From contig DATFVZ010000095.1 in the NCBI GenBank assembly GCA_035259785.1, forward strand, positions 2,100 through 66,099: a stretch of 64,000 bases of DNA, in the 5' to 3' direction. The position numbers were made by a program, and so were the translations under genes. The notes below the pieces were generated by a model. The model saw only the letters and a program-made list of their open reading frames with translations. It had not been told where the DNA came from and ran no database searches. The stretch is from Gemmatimonadales bacterium (GTDB taxonomy: Bacteria; Gemmatimonadota; Gemmatimonadetes; Gemmatimonadales; GWC2-71-9). How positions within the stretch are numbered: the first letter of the stretch is position 1; each line of letters starts with the position of its first letter. Of this stretch, positions 35,800 to 44,787 are shown piece by piece.

Positions 35800-37079
35800 A
35801 CTTTCACCGCCCGCCAGCGTCCGCCTTTCCAGAACAGGATCATCGCGATCCCCCGCGAGATCGCGGTCACACTCAGCGCGAGCCAGATCCCAAGCAGCCC
35901 GAAGGCGCTCGACCACCATGCCGCGAGCGGGATGCGCATCGCGGTGAGGCTCGTGCTGACAATCTGCGGCCAGAATGTGTAACCCGCGCCCGCAAGCGCG
36001 CCCTCGAGAATCAACTCGAAACTCTGTCCGATCTGCGCGAACGCAATCACCCGCAAGTACAACACGCCGTCGACGATGACGTCCGGATCACGCGTGAACA
36101 ACGCGACCAATCGCTCGGGAATGAGGAGAAACGCGAGAGCCGTCGTAACCGTTACAACGAGGCAATAGCTCACCGTAAGCCGGACCGCCGCTCGTGCACG
36201 CGCCTCCTGCCCCGCGCCAAGGTTCTGCCCGACGAGCGCGCTGGCCGCGAGAGAGAAGCCGCTGATCGCGATGAAGCCGAGTCCTTCCATCTTGTGGCCC
36301 ACGCCGAGCGCCGCGAGCGCCGCCGTGCCAAACCGCGATGTAAAGCGGGTGAGCCACATATAGATCGCCGAAAGCAGCACACCCGCCAGCGAGAGCGGCA
36401 TGCCGATCCGCACAATGGTCGGCAACGCGCGCCAGTCCGGCGTGCTCACGCGGATCAACCCGCGCCGCAGTGCGATAAAGCAGCCGATCAGAAACCCGCC
36501 GCAACGCACCATTACCGAAGCCAGCGCTGCTCCCTCGACGCCGAGCTGCGGGAACGGTCCCACGCCCACGATGAGCAGTGGATCGAGCACAATCGACACC
36601 GCGACCGAAGCCGCAAGCATTCTGAAAGGCGTCCGCGTGTCGCCGGCTGCGCGGAACACTGCTTCGATCGCGAAGAACCCGAATACCAACGGCGCGCCCA
36701 GCACCCACGTCGAGAGATAGTCGCGTCCCAGAGACGCCACGTCCGGCGGAACCTTCATCACCTGAAACAGTGCGCGGCCAAGCAGCAATCCCACGACGCT
36801 CACGGCGAGCCCGGCGATGAGCGCATACGCCACCGCAGCCGCGGCGGCCCGCGCGGCGCGTTCGGGATCGCCTTCGCCATGACGTCGCGCGGCCACCGCG
36901 ATGAGGCCGATCTCCACCATCTCTCCCAAACTGAGAGCGACCCAGACGAAAAAGCCCGCGGTGGATACCGCCGCCAGCGCAGCCGGCCCGATCAACCGGC
37001 CGACCCAGATACTGTCGATGAGATTGAAGGAATAGTGGCACGCCATCATCGCGACTGCGGGCGCCGCGAGTCGGAGCAC
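35796..37079 (-). CDS. MATE-family efflux transporter
   Basis: 427 aa, 12-TM-like. N-terminus MLRLAAPAVAMMACHYSFNLIDSIWVGRL. Confidence 0.9.
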   Translation of the reverse strand: MLRLAAPAVAMMACHYSFNLIDSIWVGRLIGPAALAAVSTAGFFVWVALSLGEMVEIGLIAVAARRHGEGDPERAARAAAAAVAYALIAGLAVSVVGLLLGRALFQVMKVPPDVASLGRDYLSTWVLGAPLVFGFFAIEAVFRAAGDTRTPFRMLAASVAVSIVLDPLLIVGVGPFPQLGVEGAALASVMVRCGGFLIGCFIALRRGLIRVSTPDWRALPTIVRIGMPLSLAGVLLSAIYMWLTRFTSRFGTAALAALGVGHKMEGLGFIAISGFSLAASALVGQNLGAGQEARARAAVRLTVSYCLVVTVTTALAFLLIPERLVALFTRDPDVIVDGVLYLRVIAFAQIGQSFELILEGALAGAGYTFWPQIVSTSLTAMRIPLAAWWSSAFGLLGIWLALSVTAISRGIAMILFWKGGRWRAVKV

Positions 37080-37113
37080 GATGGGCCGCAGCGGCCCGAC
37101 GGTCAGCGCGCCG

Positions 37114-37719
37114 CTAGGCGCCGTAGCGTGCTACCAGCGCGAGCGCGTCGTCGTTGCCCTTCGTGTGGCGGGCGATGATGAAATCGGCGATCTCTTGCGG
37201 CGAGTTTGCGAGCACGAGCGACTCGGCGAAACCGTCTTTGATACCGTCCGAGTACAGGATCACGGTGTCGCGTACGCTCAGCGGGACAACCCGCACGGTG
37301 GTGTTGGGCAGCTCGCCGCCGATGAACCCCGCGCTCGGTACCAGCGTAATGCGCGGTGGCCTTGCCTTGGCATCGGCGCGCATCAAGACACCGCCGATGT
37401 TGCCAACGCCCAGCCACGTCATCGATTCTGCCTGCGGATCGAGATACGCGAGCCCCAGCACGACACCGCGCAGCCCCACCAGCGCCTGGTTGCTCCGCTT
37501 CACGAGATCGGGGAGCGGCTCACGAGAGTAGCGGTCAATGGCGCCGACGGCGGCATGCGCGGCGGACGCGGCTTCCTGACCGTGGCCGAGTCCGTCGACC
37601 ACGGCGAGCAGCGTCCCTTTTCCGACCCGCTTGATGAAGCAGAGATCGCCCGACTCGCTCTGGCCCGGCAGCGGCAGCTCGGCAAACGCCGTTTCGATTC
37701 TTAGATCGCGCGGCGCCAT
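37114..37719 (-). CDS. RsbX-like PP2C/SpoIIE-family serine phosphatase
   Basis: 201 aa: GDLCFIK...LLAVVDGLGHGQEAASAA...ILYSDG. Confidence 0.8.
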   Translation of the reverse strand: MAPRDLRIETAFAELPLPGQSESGDLCFIKRVGKGTLLAVVDGLGHGQEAASAAHAAVGAIDRYSREPLPDLVKRSNQALVGLRGVVLGLAYLDPQAESMTWLGVGNIGGVLMRADAKARPPRITLVPSAGFIGGELPNTTVRVVPLSVRDTVILYSDGIKDGFAESLVLANSPQEIADFIIARHTKGNDDALALVARYGA

Positions 37720-38108
37720 TTTTTCATCGTGACGGTGGTGCCTTGCCCAACGACCGACTTCAGATCGAATTCGTCCATGAGCCGCTTGGCGCCGGGCAGT
37801 CCCGCGCCCACGCCATGCGACGTCGAATAGCCGTACTGCATCGCGCGTTCGAGGTCGGGAATGCCGGGTCCCTGATCGCTGGCCACGATCGACACGCCCT
37901 GGCGGTCCCCGTTCTGCACGAGCGCGAGGGTGATCTCGCCCTTCTTGGCGTACATCAGGATGTTGCGGGCGATTTCGGAGATTGCGGCGGCAATGACCGT
38001 CTGCTCGCCGCTGGAGAACCCGGCGACTGCCGCTAGTGCCCGTCCCTGCTGTCGTGCTTCAACGACGTCGACGTCGGCGGCAATCGTAAGGCGCAGCTCC
38101 TCACCCAC
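37701..38108 (-). CDS. RsbT-like anti-sigma regulatory factor (serine protein kinase, HATPase fold)
   Basis: 135 aa: ISEIARNILMYAKKGEITL...ASDQGPGIPD...GLPGAKRLMDEF...GTTVTMKKW. Confidence 0.85.
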   Translation of the reverse strand: MGEELRLTIAADVDVVEARQQGRALAAVAGFSSGEQTVIAAAISEIARNILMYAKKGEITLALVQNGDRQGVSIVASDQGPGIPDLERAMQYGYSTSHGVGAGLPGAKRLMDEFDLKSVVGQGTTVTMKKWRRAI

Positions 38109-38499
38109 GGCCGCTCGGTCGCTTGGGCTTGATTTCGAGCGTCCGCTCCTTGGTGCGGCCGTCGAGGAAGGCGAGTCCCTCCTCGAGGTCCAGGACGGTC
38201 GCCACGCCCTTGAGCGTGAGGCCGAGCTGTACCATCGCGAACGCGACGTCCGGCTGGATACCGACGATCACCGTCTCCGCGCCGCGGAGGCGCGCCATGT
38301 GCGCAATGTCGCGCAGCGTGCGGACCGCGAACGAGTCCATGACGTCGAGCGCGGTGACGTCGACGATCACGCCGCGGCACCGCGACCGTCCGACCTGGGC
38401 GATCAGCGCTTCGCGAAGATGGGAAAGGTCGGCGTCGGTAAGGGCTGACTGAATCGACGCAATGAGATATTGCCCCTGCCGCAGAATAGGTACTTCCAC
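38101..38499 (-). CDS. RsbS-like single-STAS-domain protein
   Basis: 132 aa: VPILRQGQYLIASIQSALTD...VIVDVTALDVMDSFAVRTL, with Ser at the canonical phospho-acceptor DS position. Confidence 0.85.
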   Translation of the reverse strand: MEVPILRQGQYLIASIQSALTDADLSHLREALIAQVGRSRCRGVIVDVTALDVMDSFAVRTLRDIAHMARLRGAETVIVGIQPDVAFAMVQLGLTLKGVATVLDLEEGLAFLDGRTKERTLEIKPKRPSGRG

Positions 38500-38520
38500 A
38501 GCGTCCTCCGGAGGGGAGTG

Positions 38521-39453
38521 TTACCGGTTGGTTTCGGGAGGGAGCTCGCCGCGAATCGGTGGCGTCGGCCCGCGATCCGCCAATAACCGCTCGGCCTCTT
38601 CGATGCCTCCCTGCAGGTCGCCGACGGTGGCCATTTCGCTGAGATCGACCCCGATCGTGACGAGGGTCTGCGCGATTTCGGGCGACAGGCCCGTCACGAT
38701 GACGGTCGCGCCCAGGAGACGGGAGGCTTCGACGGTCTGCACGAGGTGGTTCGCAACGCCAGAGTCCATGGCTGCCACACCGGTTACGTCGATCACCACG
38801 ACCTTGGCGCGGTTGGCGCGAATCGCGCGCAGCAGCTGTTCGGTGAGCTGCCGGGCGCGCTGCGGATCAATGACGCCGATGATCGGCAGAATGAGGAGCC
38901 GTTCGCGGACCTGCAACACCGGCGTCGACAGCTCCCGGATCGCTTCCTGTTGCTGCCGGATAATGCGCTCGCGCTCTTCCACGAATCCGACGGCCACTGT
39001 GTTCGCGATGCGGTTCGCCGCGGGCTCGTAGGAGTCGAGAATCCGGTTCAGCTTTTCGACGTTGTCCTGGTATTTGTTGAAGAGCGAGCGGGCGAGTACG
39101 TCACGCAGTAACAGCACGATACCGACGACTTCATCCGTTTCGACGCCTCGGGGAATGATTCGCTCCGACAGTCGCCGAGAGTAGGCCTGCAGCGCTTCGA
39201 AGGTTCCGGTCTCGAGGGCTTCCACGTAGTTGTCGTACACGGCCGTCGCTTCAGCGAAAATCTCCTCTTCCGTCATCGCCGTCAGCAGCTCGGCGCGCGT
39301 GATGCGGCGGGCCCATTCCTCGCGCAGCTGCGTGCGGTTTTGCCGCAGGTGCGCGACCAGCTCGCGCAGCAAGCCGGCGGACGATTCGGACAGTGTGCTA
39401 GACTCGGGAGCGCGCGTTGAGACGCTCATATTGCTTCGCTTGGTGTCGGCCAT
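38521..39453 (-). CDS. RsbR-like stressosome protein (N-terminal sensory domain plus C-terminal STAS)
   Basis: 310 aa. C-terminal STAS: STPVLQVRERLLILPIIGVIDPQRARQL...VVIDVTGVAAMDSGVANHL...IVTGLSPEIAQTLV. The helical N-terminal half is RsbRD_N-like. Confidence 0.85.
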   Translation of the reverse strand: MADTKRSNMSVSTRAPESSTLSESSAGLLRELVAHLRQNRTQLREEWARRITRAELLTAMTEEEIFAEATAVYDNYVEALETGTFEALQAYSRRLSERIIPRGVETDEVVGIVLLLRDVLARSLFNKYQDNVEKLNRILDSYEPAANRIANTVAVGFVEERERIIRQQQEAIRELSTPVLQVRERLLILPIIGVIDPQRARQLTEQLLRAIRANRAKVVVIDVTGVAAMDSGVANHLVQTVEASRLLGATVIVTGLSPEIAQTLVTIGVDLSEMATVGDLQGGIEEAERLLADRGPTPPIRGELPPETNR

Positions 39454-39476
39454 GTTCCAAACCTAGTGTGGGGAGT

Positions 39477-40883
39477 TTAGGGAGCAAGACCTGCGGATCC
39501 CGTCTTGCGGCGCTCCTTGGTCTCGTAGAGCGCAACATCGGCTGCGTTCAGCAAGGCCTCGACAGTCTCTCCATGACCGGGGTACACCGCTACCCCAACA
39601 CTGATCGACAAGTTCGGCTTCTCGGCGTCGGTGGCCAGCCGGTCCACTACGCCGCGCGCCACATGCCAGGCAGCGGCCTCGCCGGTCTCGGGCAGCACGA
39701 GGGCAAATTCATCGCCTCCAAAGCGCGCCGCCGTATCCGTTGCGCGGCAGGAGCCCATCAACGCCTCGGCGACCCGGCGGATCGCGAGGCTGCCCGAAAG
39801 ATGCCCGTGCCGGTCGTTGATCTGCTTCAGACCGTCGAGATCCAGCAGCACTACCGCCAGCGGCTGCGCCGTCCGGCGCGAGCGCTTGATCTCAGCCTCG
39901 AGGGCGTTCACGAGTTGCCGATGATTCGCGAGTCCCGTCAACGGATCCGTGACCGCCAACTCGCGCCAGGTGCCCTCGACGTCGCGCTGCGCCGCGACCA
40001 CCGCCGCGACCACGAGGCTCGTCACCGCCGTGACACCGGTCCAGACTTGCAGCAATGTCAGCGACTCGCTCACCGTGTATTGGCCGAACGGACCGTAGCC
40101 ATGGACCGTGCGAAAGATCGCGATGAGCGAAATGACGAGGATCGAGGTCGCCGCCTCGCGCGGCCCGAAACGGAATGCGACCCAGATCAGTACAGGCCAG
40201 AGCAACACCGTCAGGGAGTAATTGCGTGACGGGTACAACCCGCCGAAGATCGCGAACGTCACCGCCGCAACGATGAGCGCGGCGGCGATCGCCTCGATCA
40301 CTTGACCGCGACTCAGACGGACCGTCGGCTTGACGCCGATCCACAGGATCAACGCGGGGGCAATGACGATGTCCCCGACCGCGTCACCCAGCCACCAGAT
40401 GAGCCACACGCGCGCGGCATCCGACCACGGCAGGAGGCCGCCCGTCACGAGTGACACTACGCCGATCGTCGCGCTGACCGTGGTACTCAGCAGTGCCGCG
40501 AGAGCCGCGAACCGGAAGATGTCGCGCACCCGGTCGAACACGCGGCCGCCGCGCGCGAATCGATTGATGAGGTAGGCGCCGAGCAACCCTTCGAGCGTAT
40601 TTCCGACACCGATGGCAATCGATGGCAGGATCGCGCCGGTCGTGGTGACGTTCGCGAGCAGAGCAGCGCCGAAAATCGCCGGCCACACGCGGTAGCCGAA
40701 CAGGACGAAGGCCGCGAGCGCGATGCCGGTGGGCGGCCAGACGGTTGTGACCGAACTGTTGATGAATGCGAATCGGAGACCGAGTTTGGCGGCGACGTAA
40801 TAGACGCCCCCGAGCCCCACCAGCAGAGCCAGCCGGCGTAGCGATTGGCTCATCTGGCCTAGGCTAAAGGAGCTATTCATCAC
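39477..40883 (-). CDS. MASE1-GGDEF diguanylate cyclase
   Basis: 468 aa. A polytopic N-terminal domain of about 290 aa resembles MASE1. The GGDEF domain has an intact RFGGDEF and an RxxD I-site (RATD) five residues upstream. Confidence 0.88.
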   Translation of the reverse strand: MMNSSFSLGQMSQSLRRLALLVGLGGVYYVAAKLGLRFAFINSSVTTVWPPTGIALAAFVLFGYRVWPAIFGAALLANVTTTGAILPSIAIGVGNTLEGLLGAYLINRFARGGRVFDRVRDIFRFAALAALLSTTVSATIGVVSLVTGGLLPWSDAARVWLIWWLGDAVGDIVIAPALILWIGVKPTVRLSRGQVIEAIAAALIVAAVTFAIFGGLYPSRNYSLTVLLWPVLIWVAFRFGPREAATSILVISLIAIFRTVHGYGPFGQYTVSESLTLLQVWTGVTAVTSLVVAAVVAAQRDVEGTWRELAVTDPLTGLANHRQLVNALEAEIKRSRRTAQPLAVVLLDLDGLKQINDRHGHLSGSLAIRRVAEALMGSCRATDTAARFGGDEFALVLPETGEAAAWHVARGVVDRLATDAEKPNLSISVGVAVYPGHGETVEALLNAADVALYETKERRKTGSAGLAP

Positions 40884-40886
40884 GGC

Positions 40887-42548
40887 TCAACTCCACCTCA
40901 GGATTACTGCCGTGGTCTCTCGGCGTTGAATACCTTGCGGCCAAAGAGGGGGTGGGCTGTGCCTTCGACCATTCGCCGCGTCGAGCGTCGGGTTTCTCCG
41001 CCACGCAGGCGCGGAGTCGATAATCTGATGATGGAACGCGACGGCGTGAACCGCCGTCGCGGAGAACGTCGCGTGGGATCCACGCCCGCGCCCGTTGCTC
41101 GAATACGCGTGCTCGTCGTGGAGGACAATCGGCTGATGCGTGACGGGCTCGCGCAGTTGTTGGCTGCGTTTCCCGATGTTGAAATCGTCGCCAGCGCCGA
41201 GAACGCTGCGTCCGCCAATGCGGCGTTGCGCAATGCGCGGCCACAGGTCGTGCTGCTCGACGCGGCCCTCGCCAATGGCGAAAGCCAAACATTCCTGAGC
41301 AACCTCAAATCGACCTCGCCCGACGCGAAAGCGCTCGTCATCGATTTCGTGCCGGCGCAGCAAGACGTCCAGCAGTTCATCGAACGCGGCGCCAATGGGT
41401 TCATCATGAAGGACGCGACCGCGGATGACATCGCCAAGGCCATCCGTTCGGTGGCGAGTGGCACCGATCTGCCACCGCCGCTCACCCCACCGCGCGTGGC
41501 CGATGGTGGAAGCCGCTCCGGCCCGACCGTATCCGGTGCGCCCGGCGTCGCGATCGTGCGACTCACCAAGCGTGAGCAGGAGATTCGGGAGTTGATCGCG
41601 GCGGGGCTCGGCAACAAGGAGATCGCGCAGCAGCTCAACATCGCGACCAATACCGTGAAGAGCCACGTGCACAACATGCTCGGTAAGCTCACGGCGTGGA
41701 CGCCCCCCGATCGGCGCCAGGGTAAGCGCAGCCGATGGGGCTCGAGTCGTAGGTCGTATAGCTTCTCCCGCTGACGGCGCGGCGGTCTCCTTCAGGAATC
41801 GCTGAAAAACGGGATTCTGCGGATAGCGCGCGGCGAGCGTTTCGACGTAGCCGCGCGCTTCGCGTTCCAGGACCGCACGGCCCGCCTGGTCGCGCGCGCC
41901 CTCGCGCATCAGCGCGGCGGCGAGGACCCAGGTACTCTCGACACGCGCCAGATCGCCGTCGTGCGCGGCGCGGCGCATGTAGCGAATGCCTCGCTCCGCG
42001 TTCCCGCTGCCCAGTCCAATGAGCTTCGCAAAGAAGCGCGCCACCGCGCTGGCGCGGGCCAGGCCGTAGTCATACACGCCCAGCCCCAGATAGCAGTCGA
42101 AGCAGCTGGAGTCCACGGCGAGGAGTCGGCCGTAGATGTCGCGCATTGCCTTCGCATCTTTGGCCGCGCTGAACCCGTGCCCGTTTTCCTCGCGTTGCCG
42201 CGCGCGATAGCCCAGCGCGGTGGCGAGCCAGAAGTCGCCCGTGCCCGCTCTGTTGCGCGCGCGGGTCATGGCAAGCTCGAGGAGTGAGTCGATGCGCGCC
42301 ATCTCGTATGCGGCCGAGTCGCGCGCAGAGCCCCACCAGATGTACGCGGCAGCCTGAAAAACGAGTGGCGCCGGGTCGGTTGTGTCGCGCTGTCCCAGCG
42401 CCTCGAAGTACGCCGCCCCACGCGCGAAATCGCCGCTATACAGCGTGTCCAGACCGCGGCGGAGCGTTTCACGGGTCTCGTCAGCCGGAGGAGCGCCCTG
42501 AATTGCAAGCGCAATGACGGCGACGATTCCGATGCTTCCCATCCCCAA
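40887..42548 (-). CDS. Hypothetical secreted helical-repeat protein; only about 41775-42548 looks genuinely coding, and the rest of the ORF is antisense to the response regulator gene
   Basis: 553-aa ORF with the signal-like N-terminus MGMGSIGIVAVIALAIQGAPP. The first 255 or so codons have GC-rich third positions and normal composition. After ...FQRFLKETAAP the frame stays open to 40887 with no stop, and third-position GC visibly drops. Confidence 0.45.
   Translation of the reverse strand: MGMGSIGIVAVIALAIQGAPPADETRETLRRGLDTLYSGDFARGAAYFEALGQRDTTDPAPLVFQAAAYIWWGSARDSAAYEMARIDSLLELAMTRARNRAGTGDFWLATALGYRARQREENGHGFSAAKDAKAMRDIYGRLLAVDSSCFDCYLGLGVYDYGLARASAVARFFAKLIGLGSGNAERGIRYMRRAAHDGDLARVESTWVLAAALMREGARDQAGRAVLEREARGYVETLAARYPQNPVFQRFLKETAAPSAGEAIRPTTRAPSAALTLAPIGGRPRRELTEHVVHVALHGIGRDVELLRDLLVAEPRRDQLPNLLLTLGESHDRDAGRTGYGRAGAASTIGHARWGERRWQIGATRHRTDGLGDVIRGRVLHDEPIGAAFDELLDVLLRRHEIDDERFRVGRGRFEVAQECLAFAIGEGRVEQHDLWPRIAQRRIGGRSVLGAGDDFNIGKRSQQLREPVTHQPIVLHDEHAYSSNGRGRGSHATFSATAVHAVAFHHQIIDSAPAWRRNPTLDAANGRRHSPPPLWPQGIQRRETTAVILRWS
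41028..41774 (+). CDS. NarL/FixJ-type response regulator (REC plus LuxR HTH)
   Basis: ATG at 41028. REC: IRVLVVEDNRLMRDGL...VVLLDAALANGES...GFIMKD. HTH: LTKREQEIRELIAAGLGNKEIAQQLNIATNTVKSHVHNMLGKL. Confidence 0.85.
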   Translation: MMERDGVNRRRGERRVGSTPAPVARIRVLVVEDNRLMRDGLAQLLAAFPDVEIVASAENAASANAALRNARPQVVLLDAALANGESQTFLSNLKSTSPDAKALVIDFVPAQQDVQQFIERGANGFIMKDATADDIAKAIRSVASGTDLPPPLTPPRVADGGSRSGPTVSGAPGVAIVRLTKREQEIRELIAAGLGNKEIAQQLNIATNTVKSHVHNMLGKLTAWTPPDRRQGKRSRWGSSRRSYSFSR

Positions 42549-42557
42549 CCTCCCGGC

Positions 42558-43685
42558 TCAGCGCGGAGCGGTAAGGGGAAGCGCGGGCGCGAGACCCGCC
42601 ACGCGCTCGGTCACCGTGCGGGCGAGCGTGCGTAACGCGACGCCTGCCGGAGACTCGGGCTCGCTCACCACGATCGGCCTGCCACGATCCGCGAGCTCGG
42701 CCATGCCGGCCTGCAATGGCACTTGACCGAGCAGCGGCACGCGGAGCTCCGCCGCGAGCCGCGTCCCACCGCCCGCGAGAAAAACCTCTGAGCGCGTGTT
42801 GCAGTGCGGGCAGACGAAGTAGCTCATGTTCTCGACGACGCCGATGACCTTCACGCCCACGCGCTCGAACATCTTGGCGCCGCGCAGCGAATCGCCGACG
42901 GCCATTTCCTGCGGAGTCGTTACGATGATCGCACCGTGGAGCCGCACGATCTGCGTGAGTGACAGTTGCGCATCGCCCGTGCCCGGCGGCAGGTCGACAA
43001 GGAAGTAATCCAGCTCGCCCCACGCGACGTCGCGCAAAAACTGACCGATGATCTTCATAATGATCGGCCCGCGCCAGATCGCCGGCGCGTCGCGCTCCAC
43101 GATGAACCCGAGCGACATCAGCTTCACTCCGTGGGCCTCGAGCGCCTGGATCTTCCCGCCCTGGACTTCGGGTTTTGTGTCCACGCCGAACATTCTGGGA
43201 ATGTTGGGCCCGTAGATATCGGCATCCATCAGCCCGACGCGATGTCCCTCGAGCGCCAGCGCCGCCGCGAGATTCGCGGATACCGTCGACTTGCCAACGC
43301 CCCCTTTGCCGCTCGAGATAGCGAGGACTTTGCCGAGATTCGGCAGCTCGTCCGGGGTTGGCGGTGCGGGAGGACTGGGCTGTCGGGCGGTCGGGGGGGG
43401 GCGCGGGGGGCGGCCAGACGGTCCCTCTCCGCCCATCGCCGCTGCATCGACCACGCTCATCTTGACGCCGGTGACACCCGACACGCCCTCAACCGCTTTG
43501 CGCGCCTGGCGCGCCAGAGAGCCGGGATCTTCGCGCGTGAGGACGAATGTGAAGCTCACGACGCCCTGTTCGTCGACCGCCAGATCGTGGACCATCGCGG
43601 CGGCGATGATGCTCTTTCCTTGGCGGGGATTGATGATCGCGCCGAGCGCTTGCTCGACGTGCGACTGGAGACCGGCGGAGCTCAC
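42558..43685 (-). CDS. mrp: Mrp/ApbC/NBP35-family Fe-S cluster carrier ATPase with an N-terminal DUF59-like domain
   Basis: 375 aa with the deviant Walker A AISSGKGGVGKST and a CPHC motif. A Pro-rich linker separates the domains. Confidence 0.92.
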   Translation of the reverse strand: MSSAGLQSHVEQALGAIINPRQGKSIIAAAMVHDLAVDEQGVVSFTFVLTREDPGSLARQARKAVEGVSGVTGVKMSVVDAAAMGGEGPSGRPPRPPPTARQPSPPAPPTPDELPNLGKVLAISSGKGGVGKSTVSANLAAALALEGHRVGLMDADIYGPNIPRMFGVDTKPEVQGGKIQALEAHGVKLMSLGFIVERDAPAIWRGPIIMKIIGQFLRDVAWGELDYFLVDLPPGTGDAQLSLTQIVRLHGAIIVTTPQEMAVGDSLRGAKMFERVGVKVIGVVENMSYFVCPHCNTRSEVFLAGGGTRLAAELRVPLLGQVPLQAGMAELADRGRPIVVSEPESPAGVALRTLARTVTERVAGLAPALPLTAPR

Positions 43686-44707
43686 GTCGATGCGCCGTTG
43701 CGCAGGAAGCGCCTGGCGGCCGTCAGCACCTGCTCTTCGACAGCCGCCATCGAGCCGTCGAGTGACGCGCCGGCAGCACGATGATGGCCCCCACCCCCGA
43801 ACTGGTGCGCGAGTGCGGCGACATCGACTTCGCCCATTGAACGGAATGAGACTTTGATGCGCCCATTGCCGATGTGCCGGAACAAGAGCGCGAGCCGCAC
43901 ACCGGCGATTGATCGTGGGAACTCGACGATGCCGTCGAGGTCGTCCGGCGTCACATCATGGCGGCGCAACGCGTCGGCCGGCACGCTGACCCAGGCCAAA
44001 CCGACGTCCGGCTCGACGACCAGCGTCTGCAGGACTTCCGCCAGCAAGCGCACGCGGCCTTCCGGCGCGCTGGCGTAGACCGACGCATAGACCTCTTCGG
44101 GATCGACGCCCTTTTCGAGCAGCGCCGCAGCGACACGGAGCGCGCGCGCCGTGGTATTCGAAAAGCGAAATCCACCGGTGTCGGTGAGCAGTCCAACGTA
44201 CAGCGCTCGCGCCACCTCGGGCGTCAACGTCCATCCCGCGACGCTCGCAAGATCGAAGATCAGCTCGGCGGTCGCGGTCGCCTCCGGCGCGATCAGACAG
44301 GGACCTGCCGGCAGTTTGGGAGAGCCCACGTGGTGATCGATACAGACGAACCCCGGGTCGTGCTTGCGGATCACCGACGCGAGCTCACCAAGCCGCGTGA
44401 TGTCGCCGATGTCGAGGGAGGCAACGATGTCGGCACGCTCGATCTCGCGCACCGCCTGCCGGCTCGCGTCTGCTCCTTCAGGGACAAGGAAGTGGAATCG
44501 ATCGGGGATGCGCGTGGGATTGGCGATTTTTGCCGAGATGCCCTGGCCACTGAGCATGTGCCACAGCCCGATTTCGCTGCCGATACCGTCGCCATCGGCA
44601 TTCACGTGCGTGGTGAGCACGACGTGGCGCGCGCGTGTGAGGGCCGCGACCACCTCGCGCGCAGCCTTGGCTCGCTCGGGCGGAATGGGGACGCCGTTCG
44701 AAGTCAT
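43682..44707 (-). CDS. nrnA: DHH/DHHA1 phosphoesterase (NrnA-like oligoribonuclease/pAp phosphatase)
   Basis: 341 aa: HVNADGDGIGS, CIDHHV, GGGGHHRAAGA. Confidence 0.85.
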   Translation of the reverse strand: MTSNGVPIPPERAKAAREVVAALTRARHVVLTTHVNADGDGIGSEIGLWHMLSGQGISAKIANPTRIPDRFHFLVPEGADASRQAVREIERADIVASLDIGDITRLGELASVIRKHDPGFVCIDHHVGSPKLPAGPCLIAPEATATAELIFDLASVAGWTLTPEVARALYVGLLTDTGGFRFSNTTARALRVAAALLEKGVDPEEVYASVYASAPEGRVRLLAEVLQTLVVEPDVGLAWVSVPADALRRHDVTPDDLDGIVEFPRSIAGVRLALLFRHIGNGRIKVSFRSMGEVDVAALAHQFGGGGHHRAAGASLDGSMAAVEEQVLTAARRFLRNGAST

Positions 44708-44787
44708 CTAGCGGAAGATAATCGGCGTTATGGGCGTCGCTATTCGCAACCAAGCTAAGGAGCTAGCTCTTTAGATGGTGCTCGGCA

